Below are positions 13,432 to 25,759 of a stretch of 64,000 nt of DNA, piece by piece. The stretch is from Balamuthia mandrillaris (taxonomy: Eukaryota). The DNA lies in NCBI GenBank assembly GCA_031835245.2, contig JAVKOQ020000015.1, positions 1 through 64,000 of the forward strand, written 5' to 3'. The stretch's first letter is position 1; every line of letters starts with the position of its first letter. The translations under genes were made by a program, and so were the position numbers. The notes under the pieces were generated by a model. That model was not told where the DNA came from, made no database searches, and saw only the letters and a program-made list of their open reading frames with translations.

Positions 13432-14589
13432 TTATCTATTTATCTATCCAGTCAGTTTTTAGCTTGTTTGTTTGCTTGCTTGCATTCAAAAATGCACCCT
13501 TAGACCTAGCGCTCAGCTAGAACGCACAGGTTTATTGTGACAGCAGCAACATTCATAGTCTAAACAATAATTGTTATAATTGGTCTTAGTTCATTTGTTC
13601 TTCTTTTGACATTCACTCACACTTTGTTTTTTGTCTCTTTTCCCTTTTTCTTTCTTTTCCTCTTTCTTTCTCTCACTTTCTCTTTCTTTCTTCTTCTTCT
13701 TTTACACTGCTTCTTTAGGTGGTTCATGAAACGAACAGATTTGCCAACCAAAGATCAACAAATACGATTTTATCGCTCCTTGTGGCTTGAATGTTGTACC
13801 GCTTGGGTAGAAAATCATCCAGATGAGTTTGACAAGGATGTGCTAGCTGAAGCTGCAGCCACCTATGAGGCCAAAAACAAATCTCCTCTTCGTTGGCCCA
13901 ATATTCATCGCCAGCTGTGCCGTCAACACATCTCTGGCATTCTACAAAGCTTTTTCAGTGGCTTAAATGAGCTGGTGGATGAGTTTGTAGCTCCTGTACT
14001 TCCCAAGTTGGTCAACGGATCACCCATTCACAAAGCATTCCTCACCTCTCGTCAAGAGCAATCATCCTCCTCCCTTGCTTCTCTCGATGCTGATGATGAT
14101 GACAAGAGTCCTGACTCAAAAAAACAAACACCACGACGACAACGACTTCGCAGAGCGCTTCAGCGACAACAATTGTTATCCAATCAACTCAAATATCGGA
14201 AGAATGGCCATCGGCAACGGATCGCTTGGCAGGCACCAGAAATCCGTAGACTTGTCACTTGGCGCTTGCGTGATGGATGGTCTTGGTTGGAGATTGCCAA
14301 ACACTTGCCTACCCAACGTCGAACCAACAATGATTGCTATGATAAATGGCGCAATCTCCTCACAGAATTCTCCAACAATCTGGACGCTTTGAAGGTCAAA
14401 TACTTGGTGGCCCACGATGAGGACTTTGACAAATCGGATGATGATGATGATAATGACAACACTTCCTCCCCATCATCATCTCCTACTTTTACTACCACTA
14501 CAGTTATATCCATCTTGGATGAAGAGGAAGAGACAGAGGAGAATGATGATAAAGATGATGATGATGATATTATGATTATATCTTGTTAG
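10367..14589 (+). CDS. YR-telobox copy 2: tyrosine recombinase plus telobox Myb domain; reading frame intact, start codon uncertain
   Basis: Exons ~10367-13010, 13188-13308 and 13719-14589, with two introns at positions equivalent to the last two introns of copy 1. Motifs: GARAITAANI, QVTKG, FHSLRAGF, IAGW, QVYVK. Myb: AWQAPE...WSWLEIA...RTNNDCYDKWRNL. The first in-frame ATG within this stretch is at 10835. Confidence 0.88.
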
Positions 14590-14703
14590 ATTATATAGGT
14601 ATTTTTATACGAAAATTGAAAAAATTGCTACTTTGACCCACTTTATCCGTTAGACTTATAGACTTAGAGTTTTATAGAATGGACCATGGGGAGTTGAATG
14701 CCG

Positions 14704-14732
14704 TAGGTTCTGAGTACCCGCCCCTAACCCTA
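14704..14732 (+). other. Conserved element-end motif plus telomeric seed (TAGGTTCTGAGTACCCG-CCCCTAACCCTA)
   Basis: Closely matches 3983-4012 (TAGGTTTAAGAGTACTCG-CCCCTAACCCTA). Confidence 0.8.
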
Positions 14733-17700
14733 TTAACGTGACTCTCAGCAGCACCGTTAGCTCGGGGATGATACGAAGAGATGAAACGATGGTCAAATCC
14801 AGCTAGGTTCTTGAAAGCGGTCAATACAGCATTGGCAAACTCTGTACCATTATCTGATTGAATGATTTTGGGAAAACCAAAATCGCAGATAAACTGGTAT
14901 AGAACTTGAGCAGTGGCAAGAGCGCTTTGGTTGGAGAGAGGTCGAAGAAGAGTGAAGCGAGTGGCCATATCAACTAGTACCATCACATAGGAAAAGCCAT
15001 GTTCGTCAGAAGGAAGAGGGCCGAAGAGGTCGATAGCAATGTGGTCAAATGGATAAGTAGCGGTGATGGTCTTCAAAGGATAAAAGCCATGTTTAGTCAC
15101 GTTGAAGTGTCGGCAAGCATCACAAGAGCATGTGACGAAGTGACAGTCAGAGCGGAGAGAAGGCCAGAAGTATCCTTCATTCCAAATTCGATTGAAGATA
15201 TGGGAGGCACCTTCATGAGTTTCAGAGTGAAACTTTTGAAGAAGTTCTTGTTGTTGTTCCAACGAGGGGGCAGCCTTATTGTGGAAAGTCTTGATAAAGG
15301 CAGAAAGATCCTTCGACGGAGAAGAAGGAGGAAACTGATCAAGCTCAATCTGAAAAAGAGACAAGAGGGAAGATGACTCAGGTGCAGACAAGGCAGAAGG
15401 CGAAGATGAGGAGGTCTTAGGAGTCAGAGTCTTCGCAGATTGAGGGATTATCGGCCTGGTTAAACCAGCCGAACCATCCTCTTCCCAAAAATTCTTCGGA
15501 TAGAGTCGAGAGAGGCAGTCTTCAAGGATCATTTTGATTCCAGGACGATGGACAACGTCGAAGTTGTACTCGAGGATGATGTAGGCCCAGTTGTTAAGCA
15601 TATAATTGGAATGCTTGGAAGTGAAGAGATAAGTGAGAGCCTTGTGATCGGTGAAAAGGGTAAAGCGGCAACCATAGAGCCAGCACCAAAATTGCAGAAG
15701 AGCAAAGACAATGGCAAGGAGCTCACGTTTCGTAGCTGGATAGTTGCGCTGGGCATCGTTGAGTGCACGGCTAGCAAAGGCAATGTAGCGACGTTGCTTG
15801 TCCGGGGTCTCTTGGTAGAGAACAGCACCAACACCATTCTGGGAGGCATCAGTTCCAACGAGAAAAGGGAGATCAGGAGCAGGAATGCTCAAGACAGGAG
15901 GCGAACTGAGGATGCGGCGAAGAGCATCAATAGAAGCTTGACAATCAGCAGTCCAGAAGGGTCGGAGATCACGGACGTATCGAAGAGCGTCAAGAGGAGC
16001 CGTAAGGCATGCAAAACGAGGGATGAAAGGCCGTAGAAAGTTGGCGAAACCGAGGAAGGATTGCAACTGCTTTCCAGTAGTAGGAGTAGGAAAGGAGCGA
16101 AGCGCAGACAATTTGTCCCAATCAGGGGCGAAGCCGGTGGAGGAAACAATGAATCCAACAAGCCTGATTTGTGTGAAGCCAAAATGACATTTCTCAGTTC
16201 GAAGACGAAGGCGCGCGTCGTTGAGAGCAGAAATAACAGCACGAAGATCATGGATATGATCATCGAGAGAAGAAGATGACTTGGTGTGCACTAGACAATC
16301 ATCGATGTAGTGGGCAGAACAATCGCGTAGTTTATTGAGAATGATGGTCATCAGACGCTGCATACACGAGGGAACTGTCTTGATGCCAAAAGGAGCACCA
16401 CGGAACATCCAATGCTTGCCTTTCCAAGTGAAGGTAAGTTTGGGCTGGTCTTCGGGGGCGACAAGGATTTGGTTGAAGGACCAAATAAGATCTAACGAAG
16501 AAGCCACAAAGAAACCAGCAACACGTTCCACAATGTCAAGGATGGGGGGAATAGGGTAGATGTTATCCACCAAAACAGAATTGATAGCTAGAGGGTCAAT
16601 ACAAGCGCGTACTGCAGTAAGTTGACCAGAGGCATCCTTTTTGGGAACGGCTAGGATGGGACTGTTCCAAGGGCAATTGTCCGGGGCGGGAATGATGACT
16701 TGATGCTTGGCCCAGGATTCAATTTGCTCATCAACAGCAGCGTGGTAGGCGTGAGGAAGGGGGTACTGGTGTCGGAATATGGGTCGATAATTATTCGTAT
16801 TGAGATGCAAAACAGCTTGATGAAGAGGAGAAGAAGGCCCAACTGGAAGCTGTTGGTTAACGTCCAAGAGGTCTTGAATAGCATTGACGATACGTTGCTG
16901 CTCGGACGGAGGAAGAGACTTCTCACGATATTGCTCAGGAGTCGTGACATTGGAATCGTCAGGAGGCGAAGGAGAAGTAGAAGGGAAATTGATGGGAATA
17001 CCACTAATTTCGAGGCCCAATTTCTTCAGCATGTCGCAGCCGAAAATGACTGTTTCACTCTAAGAGAGCGAAAGGATGCGGAAGTGATGACGGAAACGAA
17101 GCTTTCCACATGTGACCGGAACAGAGAGGGCTACGCCATGAGCTTCTGCTACTGAGTTGTTAGCGCCAAGGGTCACGGAAGATTTCAATGGATGAAATCG
17201 GACGTGGAACTTCTTAGCAGTCTCCAAGTAAATAAATGAGCGAGAAGCGCCAGTATCGAGAAAGGCGGATACCGGAAGGCTATTAATCAAGGCAGGCACA
17301 CAGATTTTGTCGAAAGAAGAGTCATCGTTGTTGGCGTCGAGCTGAAAAAGAGAATCAGCTTGGAGCTCCTTGATAGCGCGATTGTATTCCTCATACGAAT
17401 CATCAGTATGAAGAGCAGACAGGGAATCGCCAGAGGGTTGCACAGGAGGGGTAGGAGTCGAGTCGTCAAGAGAGTTGAGCGAAGCTGGCGGCTTCTTCTT
17501 AGGGAGCGGGCACTCATTGGAGTAATGGCCTTTCTGGTTGCAGTTGTAGCATGTAATGTGGCTCTTGGACTTTGTTGCTGGGGATGGTCCAGAAGAGGAG
17601 GCACCAGAAGGAGAAGAAGAAGTACCGGATGATGATGAAGAGGTGTAGGCCGAACCATTGGGCTGTTTCCTGTGTTGGAGCACATGACAGTCGGACGTGT

Positions 17701-18979
17701 CATGTCCAAATGTCTTGTGGACCTTACAGTAAGGTCGTTGCATCTTCTTTTTGCTACCATCATCAGTAGGAGTCATCTGATCGGGGTCCCGGAGGTCGCT
17801 TTCAATCGCCAGGGCGATGTTGATCGCTTCATCCAAGGAGCGAGGAGCCTTTGAGAGAACAGTACCAATGTAAATTCATCAAATGTCCTTAGGAAGCGCC
17901 GACCGAAACTTGTGCAGCAACGCAGGAGTAGATAGCTTGTTCACCATCTGGTCACAAAGGGAACGAAGACAATCACCAATAGCACGAACGGTCTCACCAG
18001 GTTTGGCCTTGAAACTGTGGTACTCATCCTGAAGCTTGGATTCGTACTCCAGAGACGTAAAGTGATCCAAAAACTCAGCACGAATGTCTTCCCAGGTCAT
18101 GTCAGAAGCCAAGGTTTGCTTTGCCCAGTGGAAGGCATCGGGATCAGTGATTTGAGAGACAAGAGCAAGGTACCAAAGATCTGGCAGATAACGATTAACT
18201 TCGAGGATTGTTTTGAAGCGCTCAAGGAAGGAGACAGCGTTGTGTTTTGCAGGATTGAATTCAGGGAGTCAGCAAGGCAAAGGGAGAATGGTTGCAGACG
18301 ACTAAGAAGAAGAGGGAGACGGGGACAAAGAAGCAAAAGCAGGTCGGACTCGGAATGACCACGGAAGCACCATCGAGGTGGACAACGTTGCAGCCATTTC
18401 GGAGACAGAGAGGATGTGTCGCCGGAGTTGAGGCACAGCGGGAGAATCATCAGAAGAAGTCTGTGAATCTTGGTCAGGAATACGCAGTTCAGAAGTTCTC
18501 TCTACAAGAGCGAAACACGCAGTCAAGTCGTTTAATTCTTGCTGAAGGGTATCCACATTAACAGAAGGGTCCAGAATCTGGACCTGCAGTTGTTCTTGTT
18601 GCAACTGAAGAGCTGAGTACGGATCAGCGTTGAAGCCCAAAGGATTTGGCCGTGGTTGAGCGGCACTGGTTGAACCAGAAGGAGTCACCATTTGCAGCAT
18701 AGAAGAAGCCGAACCACCTACACCTGAGGCAGCTGAAGATGACGAAGAAGCAGCCGGTGCCGAAGAAGCAAGAGATTGTTGTTGAAGAAGAGATTGCAGT
18801 TGTATTTGTTGCTGCTGCAGTTGCTGTTGTTGCTGCTGCAGAAGTGCCAAGATTTGTTGTGCGGTTGTTTGCCAAGAATCTATGGATGACGAACCACCAG
18901 CAAAAGTAGGCGGTTGATTTGTGTTTCCCGTTGCCGTGCTTTGTGGCTGTTGCTGTTGTGTCTGTTGCGAAGCTTCCAT
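14733..18979 (-). pseudogene. gag-pol polyprotein in a single reading frame with five nonsense codons
   Basis: Starts MEASQQ at 18979 and stays in one frame. Stops: TAG 18302, TGA 18269, TGA-TGA 17876-17881, TAG 17060. Confidence 0.85.
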
Positions 18980-19626
18980 CACCAAATAGTTTGACTCTCC
19001 AAAAAAAAATGTTAGAACCTGAGCATAGAACCAAGACAGGAACCAAGAGAAAGATGGGAGCCAAACGTATTTAATGAGAGGAAGAAAACAAGTGTGTTTG
19101 TGAGTGTGTTGTTTCTTCGTTTGTTCGTCTGTGTGTTCTTGGTTGTGGGAAAAGTATTTATAGTTGAGAAGGCAACCAAGGAAGGAAAGGGGCTCGGGGT
19201 TGGGGAGTGACTTCTTGGTTTCTTTGTTCTTAAGTTCTAGGCTCGGGAAAGTTCCAGGGAAGGCAGGAGAAAGATCTTCGGAATGGCTTGGTGTCGACAT
19301 AAAAGATCGATGATAGCTGACGTGAGATTGTCGACAGAAAAGAGAAAAGAAACGAAGAAAGAAACGAAGAAAGAGTTGGTTATGTTGGCAGTTGCCAACA
19401 GATTTAGATTTTAAATTTTAGAAACTAAAATAGAAAACTAAAATCTGCTTGAGGGGGATTCATGAAACTGACCAATAGGAAAAAACTCCCACATTACCAA
19501 GATCATGTCCTCTCCCCTCTCTTCTCTCCTCTCCTCCATGGCTATTATTGGCTTTCCTAATCGGGACGCTGATTATCCGTCCTCGGTGGATATCCGGGGG
19601 GATAAGCATAGCGATCGGATAACTAC

Positions 19627-19634
19627 CTTATATA
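19627..19634 (-). promoter_or_regulatory. TATATAAG box, possible 5' LTR promoter
   Basis: Reverse complement of cttatata, oriented towards gag and embedded in a cluster of GGATA/TATCC palindromes. Confidence 0.4.
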
Positions 19635-19674
19635 GAAGTTATCTGCGGATATCCGCTTTATCCCGCCGGCAGAG

Positions 19675-21250
<1,576 letters not shown>

Positions 21251-21354
21251 GTATCATGATCTTTTTCTCAGCAAAGTAAAGAAAAACAACAATATGAGCA
21301 TGGGAACACCAGTTCAGCTGTCAAAATCCATGTATGACTAAGGTGTACAAAGAG

Positions 21355-24147
21355 TTATTCTTGCACAACCATTGGTTCAACCAGCATTTGTACTTCCTTG
21401 AGGAAGGAAAGCAATTGGTCAGTTGATTGGAAATAAAACATTTGTGGTAAGTGATGAGTACCAGGCAGGAGGTCTCGAATTTGTTTCCTGAGTGATTCAT
21501 AATCTCCCTTTTGGGCAGTAGTCAGCATGGAGGACCAAATTGTTGGTGCCAAATGGTAACGCCAAAACTTGATGATCTTTTCTGCCTTCTCTTCTACACG
21601 TATTTCCTCAAAGGTGGTGAAGAATAGAGTCTGGAAGACACTCTTCACTACCATCTCTAGGTCATGAGCAAAGGTAGATTCATAGGTCTTATTCAAGTGC
21701 CAGCACTGAACAACATGCTCTGGGGCATATTGCAAGGCACCAGAGAACTTCACCTTTTTTCCCACTTTAGTTGCACAGCCCCAGTCATTAAGAAATACCT
21801 GATGAGAGGTGTCATAAATTCAATGGTGATGACGAGACAAAAACACAAGGGGTAGTGTAGTTGAACAAGTCGGCTAATGTTAGTTCCAGTCACACGGCAA
21901 GAAGGAAGAGAACAGAAGAAGAGAGAATGAGGACAACATTACCGTTCCAGTGTCTAGATGTCGAAAGCAGTTGGATAGACGCACGTCCCGATGGACCAAT
22001 CCATAATTGTGGTGGACCTGCTCAAGAATATCCACCAGTTGACAGAAATCATCTGCCATGGCAAGCATTGTCTGGTGGTCGTGGCCCTGTCAGTTTGAAA
22101 ATAATAAGAACTGATAATGATAATGATGATAATGATAATGGACATACAGTATTGTGGTTGGTACAGTGGGAAAGCCGAGAAGCAAAGTGTCCTCCGACAG
22201 GACTAAGTAACAGCACAAGCTGCTCCTCATCATCAGCAACGAGTGTTGGGACCGAAGGCACCAAGTCTTGGACCTCCTCCAGGCAGCGTTTTTCATTCTG
22301 CAAGTAATATAAATTGTCCGCCGAGTTGAACCTTTTAACGACCACTGTATCACCTATTACCATCATGATCATCATCAGTAATCATGAACTCATCTATTGT
22401 TGTTTGTTGTTGTAAAACTCGGGGAAATACCTTTGTACTGGCCGCTGTACACGACAGCAGACCCGCCAATGCCAAGAAGCTCATTCATGATGACTGGCTC
22501 TTCATCGATGACGATGTCTTCTGGTAAACCGTGTGCTGCTTTGTTGCTCTGAAGCAGTCCTAGTAGCCACTTGCCACCATCGCTGTGTAGATGAAGGATG
22601 GGGCTCTCGGTCCACTGATCTGTGGTTGAGAGCTTCTGTAGACGGAAGAACTGGATTAGACAGCCATCCGTGAGGAACCCATTCACCACACTACGGTAGG
22701 GCTGGTATTCAAGCAGGAGCTCTTCGAGGAAGGAGTGTAGATGACCCTTCTCAGAATCGTCAAAGTCCTCCTTTGTTGCTGTACGCCTTGCTTTGACATC
22801 ACCCAGCAATGTGATGTAAAATATGCTCTTTGGTTTGTCCTTCAAGTAGCCCACAACGTCTGGCTTGCGCCTGCCGAAAGACACCTTGTTGTAAGTATCC
22901 ACCAAGGTGACAGGCAGATCCGGAAAGAGCTTCACAAGGAGCTTCAGTTGACTTGACCAGTAGGGCTGAACGACCTTACTTTCAGACGCGCCTGCGTCAG
23001 GATACCCACGAGGAGGAAATAATGGTTTACCCCCCTTTGCTTTTCGTTGGTTGCGGCGGATAGGGAACCATGGCTCAACCACTTTGTTCTTCACTGGTAA
23101 TCGCTGGTATCTCTCTGCAAAAGTTGACGGAGTACTCCCTGGTGTTTTTGTGGTTATTATCATCATGTGGTTGCTTGTAAAAATTCAAAGTGAAAAGGAA
23201 GTAATGGGTATGGACGCACGTTCTGTCCTGTCCCTGTGAGTGGCCTTTTGCATTTCGCTTGTGGCCGTTTGCATTTCGCTTGTGGCCGTTTGCAATTCGC
23301 TTGTGGCCTTTTGCACTTCGCTTGTGGCCTTTTGCACTTCGCCCATCATTCTTTCTTCCAGCCGTTTAATGTCTAGAATGCATTGACACAACATCTTAGG
23401 GACAAAAAACACATAAAGAGTCAGAGGGAAGGGTAGGAACCTACCGACATTAGTCACAGGCCGGAGTGGACTGCCTGTGGCAGGTGTTGGATCTTACCAG
23501 TGAAAAGAGGCAAGTGGTGAGAAAAGGACAAGGTTGTGGAAAGGTTTGGTGAACGGAACAAGAGGAGGGAACGCTCACCTTTGCCTTTTTCTGGTAGTAG
23601 GCTGGGGGGGTTCACATGGAGATTTGAAAAGGGAGCCTCTAGACCAGAGCTAGTGGACGCGGCAGTACCACGATCAGTCTCTTTTGCGTGTTTGTTTGTT
23701 TTTTTTTTTTTTTTTTTGGTTTGGTTGGTGTTTTAGTTCTACTGCACCACCATAATGACCAACAAAACCATACCATAATGTTCTTGCAGCCTTTCAGTGA
23801 GGGTGTTGAGAAGAGCATGCAACTTTACTTGTCGCTGCACAAAGGAGGGCAATAGGGCTGTAGCCGCGCTGCGCAAGTGCTCGTCCGAATACGTCAGTAT
23901 TTTCTGCTCTAACTCTTGTATTTTCTGCTCTACCTCCTGGATTTCCCTCTTCACCTCCTGGATTTTTTGCTCTACTTCCGTCTTTATGGCCTGGCTGCTC
24001 TTCACTGGCCCCTGCATCCTTGCGATCTTCCACAGTTCGTTTGAACGCTTGATCTACGTGTGTTTTCCTGCTTTTGTCCTCATAGTACAGATCAAGGGGA
24101 TTTTTTTTTTGTCGAGCAGGAAGCGGAGGTGGTGTAGACGGCGACAC
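21355..24147 (-). CDS. Crinkler/CR-effector-like protein: coiled-coil N-terminus, PD-(D/E)xK REase domain, protein kinase
   Basis: REase: RKPDVV...LGDVK...GFLTDG. Kinase: LGIGGSAVVY, VVVK, NE, VHRDVRLSN, NDWG, HDLE. Multi-exon; the start is uncertain. Confidence 0.75.
23240..23343 (-). repeat. Five 21-bp coding tandem repeats (heptad of the EVQKATS type)
   Basis: Variants of gtggccttttgcatttcgctt, five copies. Confidence 0.9.
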
Positions 24148-24230
24148 GGTTTTGTATGGGTTTCCCTGCTAAATTGAACAGCCCTGGTTGTTCAACTTAT
24201 TTGTCGACATAGGAAGGGGAAACAACGCGG

Positions 24231-24761
24231 ATGGCCGACAAGAAAGAGTACTTCCGTCTGTATCGCCAAAAGCAGCGGGCTCAAAAGAAACGGCAAAGGG
24301 AGGAGAAGGAACAAGAGGAACAGCAGCGACAAGAAGAAGCTCAGGAGAAACTTGAAAGAAGGCGAGCACAACAAGCCGCATCAAAACGGCGACGCCGAGC
24401 AGCTTCTTCTGCAAGTTTATGCTTGTCCTTGCCCTCTACTTCGCCCTCGCCCTCGCCCTCGCCCTTGCCCTCAAAGGAACAGTGCCAGCTCCAGAAAGAA
24501 AGAAAAACGACGGAAGCAGATGGCCAAGAGCAAACGGCGTCAGAGAGCTCAGCAACAACAAGAAAAGGAGGAACAAGAAGCCAAGACACGGCGAAAAAGG
24601 CAGCTCCAGAAAGAAAGAAAGCAACGCCACCGAAACAAGTGCCTTTCAACACTACTTGCAGCATCACAAGCCACGAGCCCATCCGCCTTCCTGCTCTGCG
24701 CCTTTATCTCAGCTCCTTCTTTTTCCGTAGGTGCAACCCACCGCGCTCCTCTGCAGCGTGA
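24231..24761 (+). CDS. Small basic/charged hypothetical protein, divergent from the CR-like gene
   Basis: ATG-initiated 176-aa ORF (MADKKEYFRLYRQKQR...), followed by AATAAA-containing repeats. Confidence 0.4.
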   Translation: MADKKEYFRLYRQKQRAQKKRQREEKEQEEQQRQEEAQEKLERRRAQQAASKRRRRAASSASLCLSLPSTSPSPSPSPLPSKEQCQLQKERKTTEADGQEQTASESSATTRKGGTRSQDTAKKAAPERKKATPPKQVPFNTTCSITSHEPIRLPALRLYLSSFFFRRCNPPRSSAA

Positions 24762-24905
24762 GAGCACAAAAGCTGCACTTCAATAAAACTCTTCTCAGTT
24801 TGGGCACATCCTCAGCACTTCTCACTTGCTGTCCTCTGCAGCGTGAGAGCACAAAAGCTGCACCTCAATAAAACTCTTCTCAGTTTGTGCACATCCTCAG
24901 CACTT
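24747..24905 (+). repeat. 74-bp direct repeat, two copies (24747-24820 and 24832-24905)
   Basis: Two copies differing by two mismatches; each contains AATAAA. Confidence 0.9.
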
Positions 24906-25759
24906 ATGAAAATTCTAAAACGCCCTTCGAGTATGGGACGAACCCGAGCAGGCCCCCTTAACGAGGGTAGTGTACGGAACGTTCCATTCTCTCTCTCGTA
25001 ATCTTCGGAAATGCTCTAGGTGTATCTTTCAACTTTTGCCATGATCAAGAACAAGATTTATGAGTTAGAAGAAGAGCAAGAAAAGGTAGAAACAAGATGC
25101 ACACCCCACCCGACTTGATTTTCCTGATTTTTAACACCAAGATGGTGGGTAGTTGGTTGTGGTCGGGAAGAAGTCCAGTTATCAGCGCTGGCGCTTACTC
25201 AACAAAAGCAATAGATCACCCTCCCGATTCGTCCAACCTGGAGAAGGACCGACGGTGCCAACCCTTCAATTCGTTGAACAAAGCCTTTCTTAGTTTTTGC
25301 TCCATCCTTTCGCCTCTCTTCTTTATTTAAAACAAATAGTGCCTTACGCTGACATTGAACTTGACTTTTGTTCAGAGAGGAATGAGGCATGGCATAGAGA
25401 GAGAAAAGCTGCGGGAGCCCAACGGCAAGTTCGAAGTCCTTTGGGACACTGCTAACGCGGTGAAGTAGCGGGTGGTTGCTTTGTTCCTTGCTACGTCGCT
25501 CGCTGCCTGTCATTAAGGAGGGAGAGAGAGAGGGAGAGAGAGAGAGAGAGAGAGAGAGGAGTGAAGGCAGTTCGTGGCAGTGGCGTATACGTCACACAAC
25601 TTTTTTTTTCCTGCTTCCATTCCATTCACCCTCCCCACCAGCCAAACGTGCAGGAGAATCAATCAATCAGCTTCCGGAAAAAAGGAACGAGAGAAAAAAA
25701 AAGGGGGGGGGGAGGTTGATAGGAACAACAACAAGGGGGAGGGGGAGGCACCAGGTTCC

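Noticed and set aside
13501..13590. Possible micro-exon in a YR2 intron (also at ~20190-20280)
   Set aside because: The AG...GT-bounded piece is 26 nt and would shift the frame. Its conservation is explained by the overall similarity of copies 2 and 3.
14672..14732. C-terminal RVRGGYSEPTAFNSPWSIL of the 786-aa pol ORF
   Set aside because: It is read-through across the junction into the telomeric seed and YR terminus, not integrase sequence.
1794..18271. Recoded TGA (alternative genetic code) as the explanation for in-frame stops
   Set aside because: Host genes use TGA as a true stop (for example 37950-37952). The internal TGAs are confined to mobile elements and fit CGA->TGA mutation.
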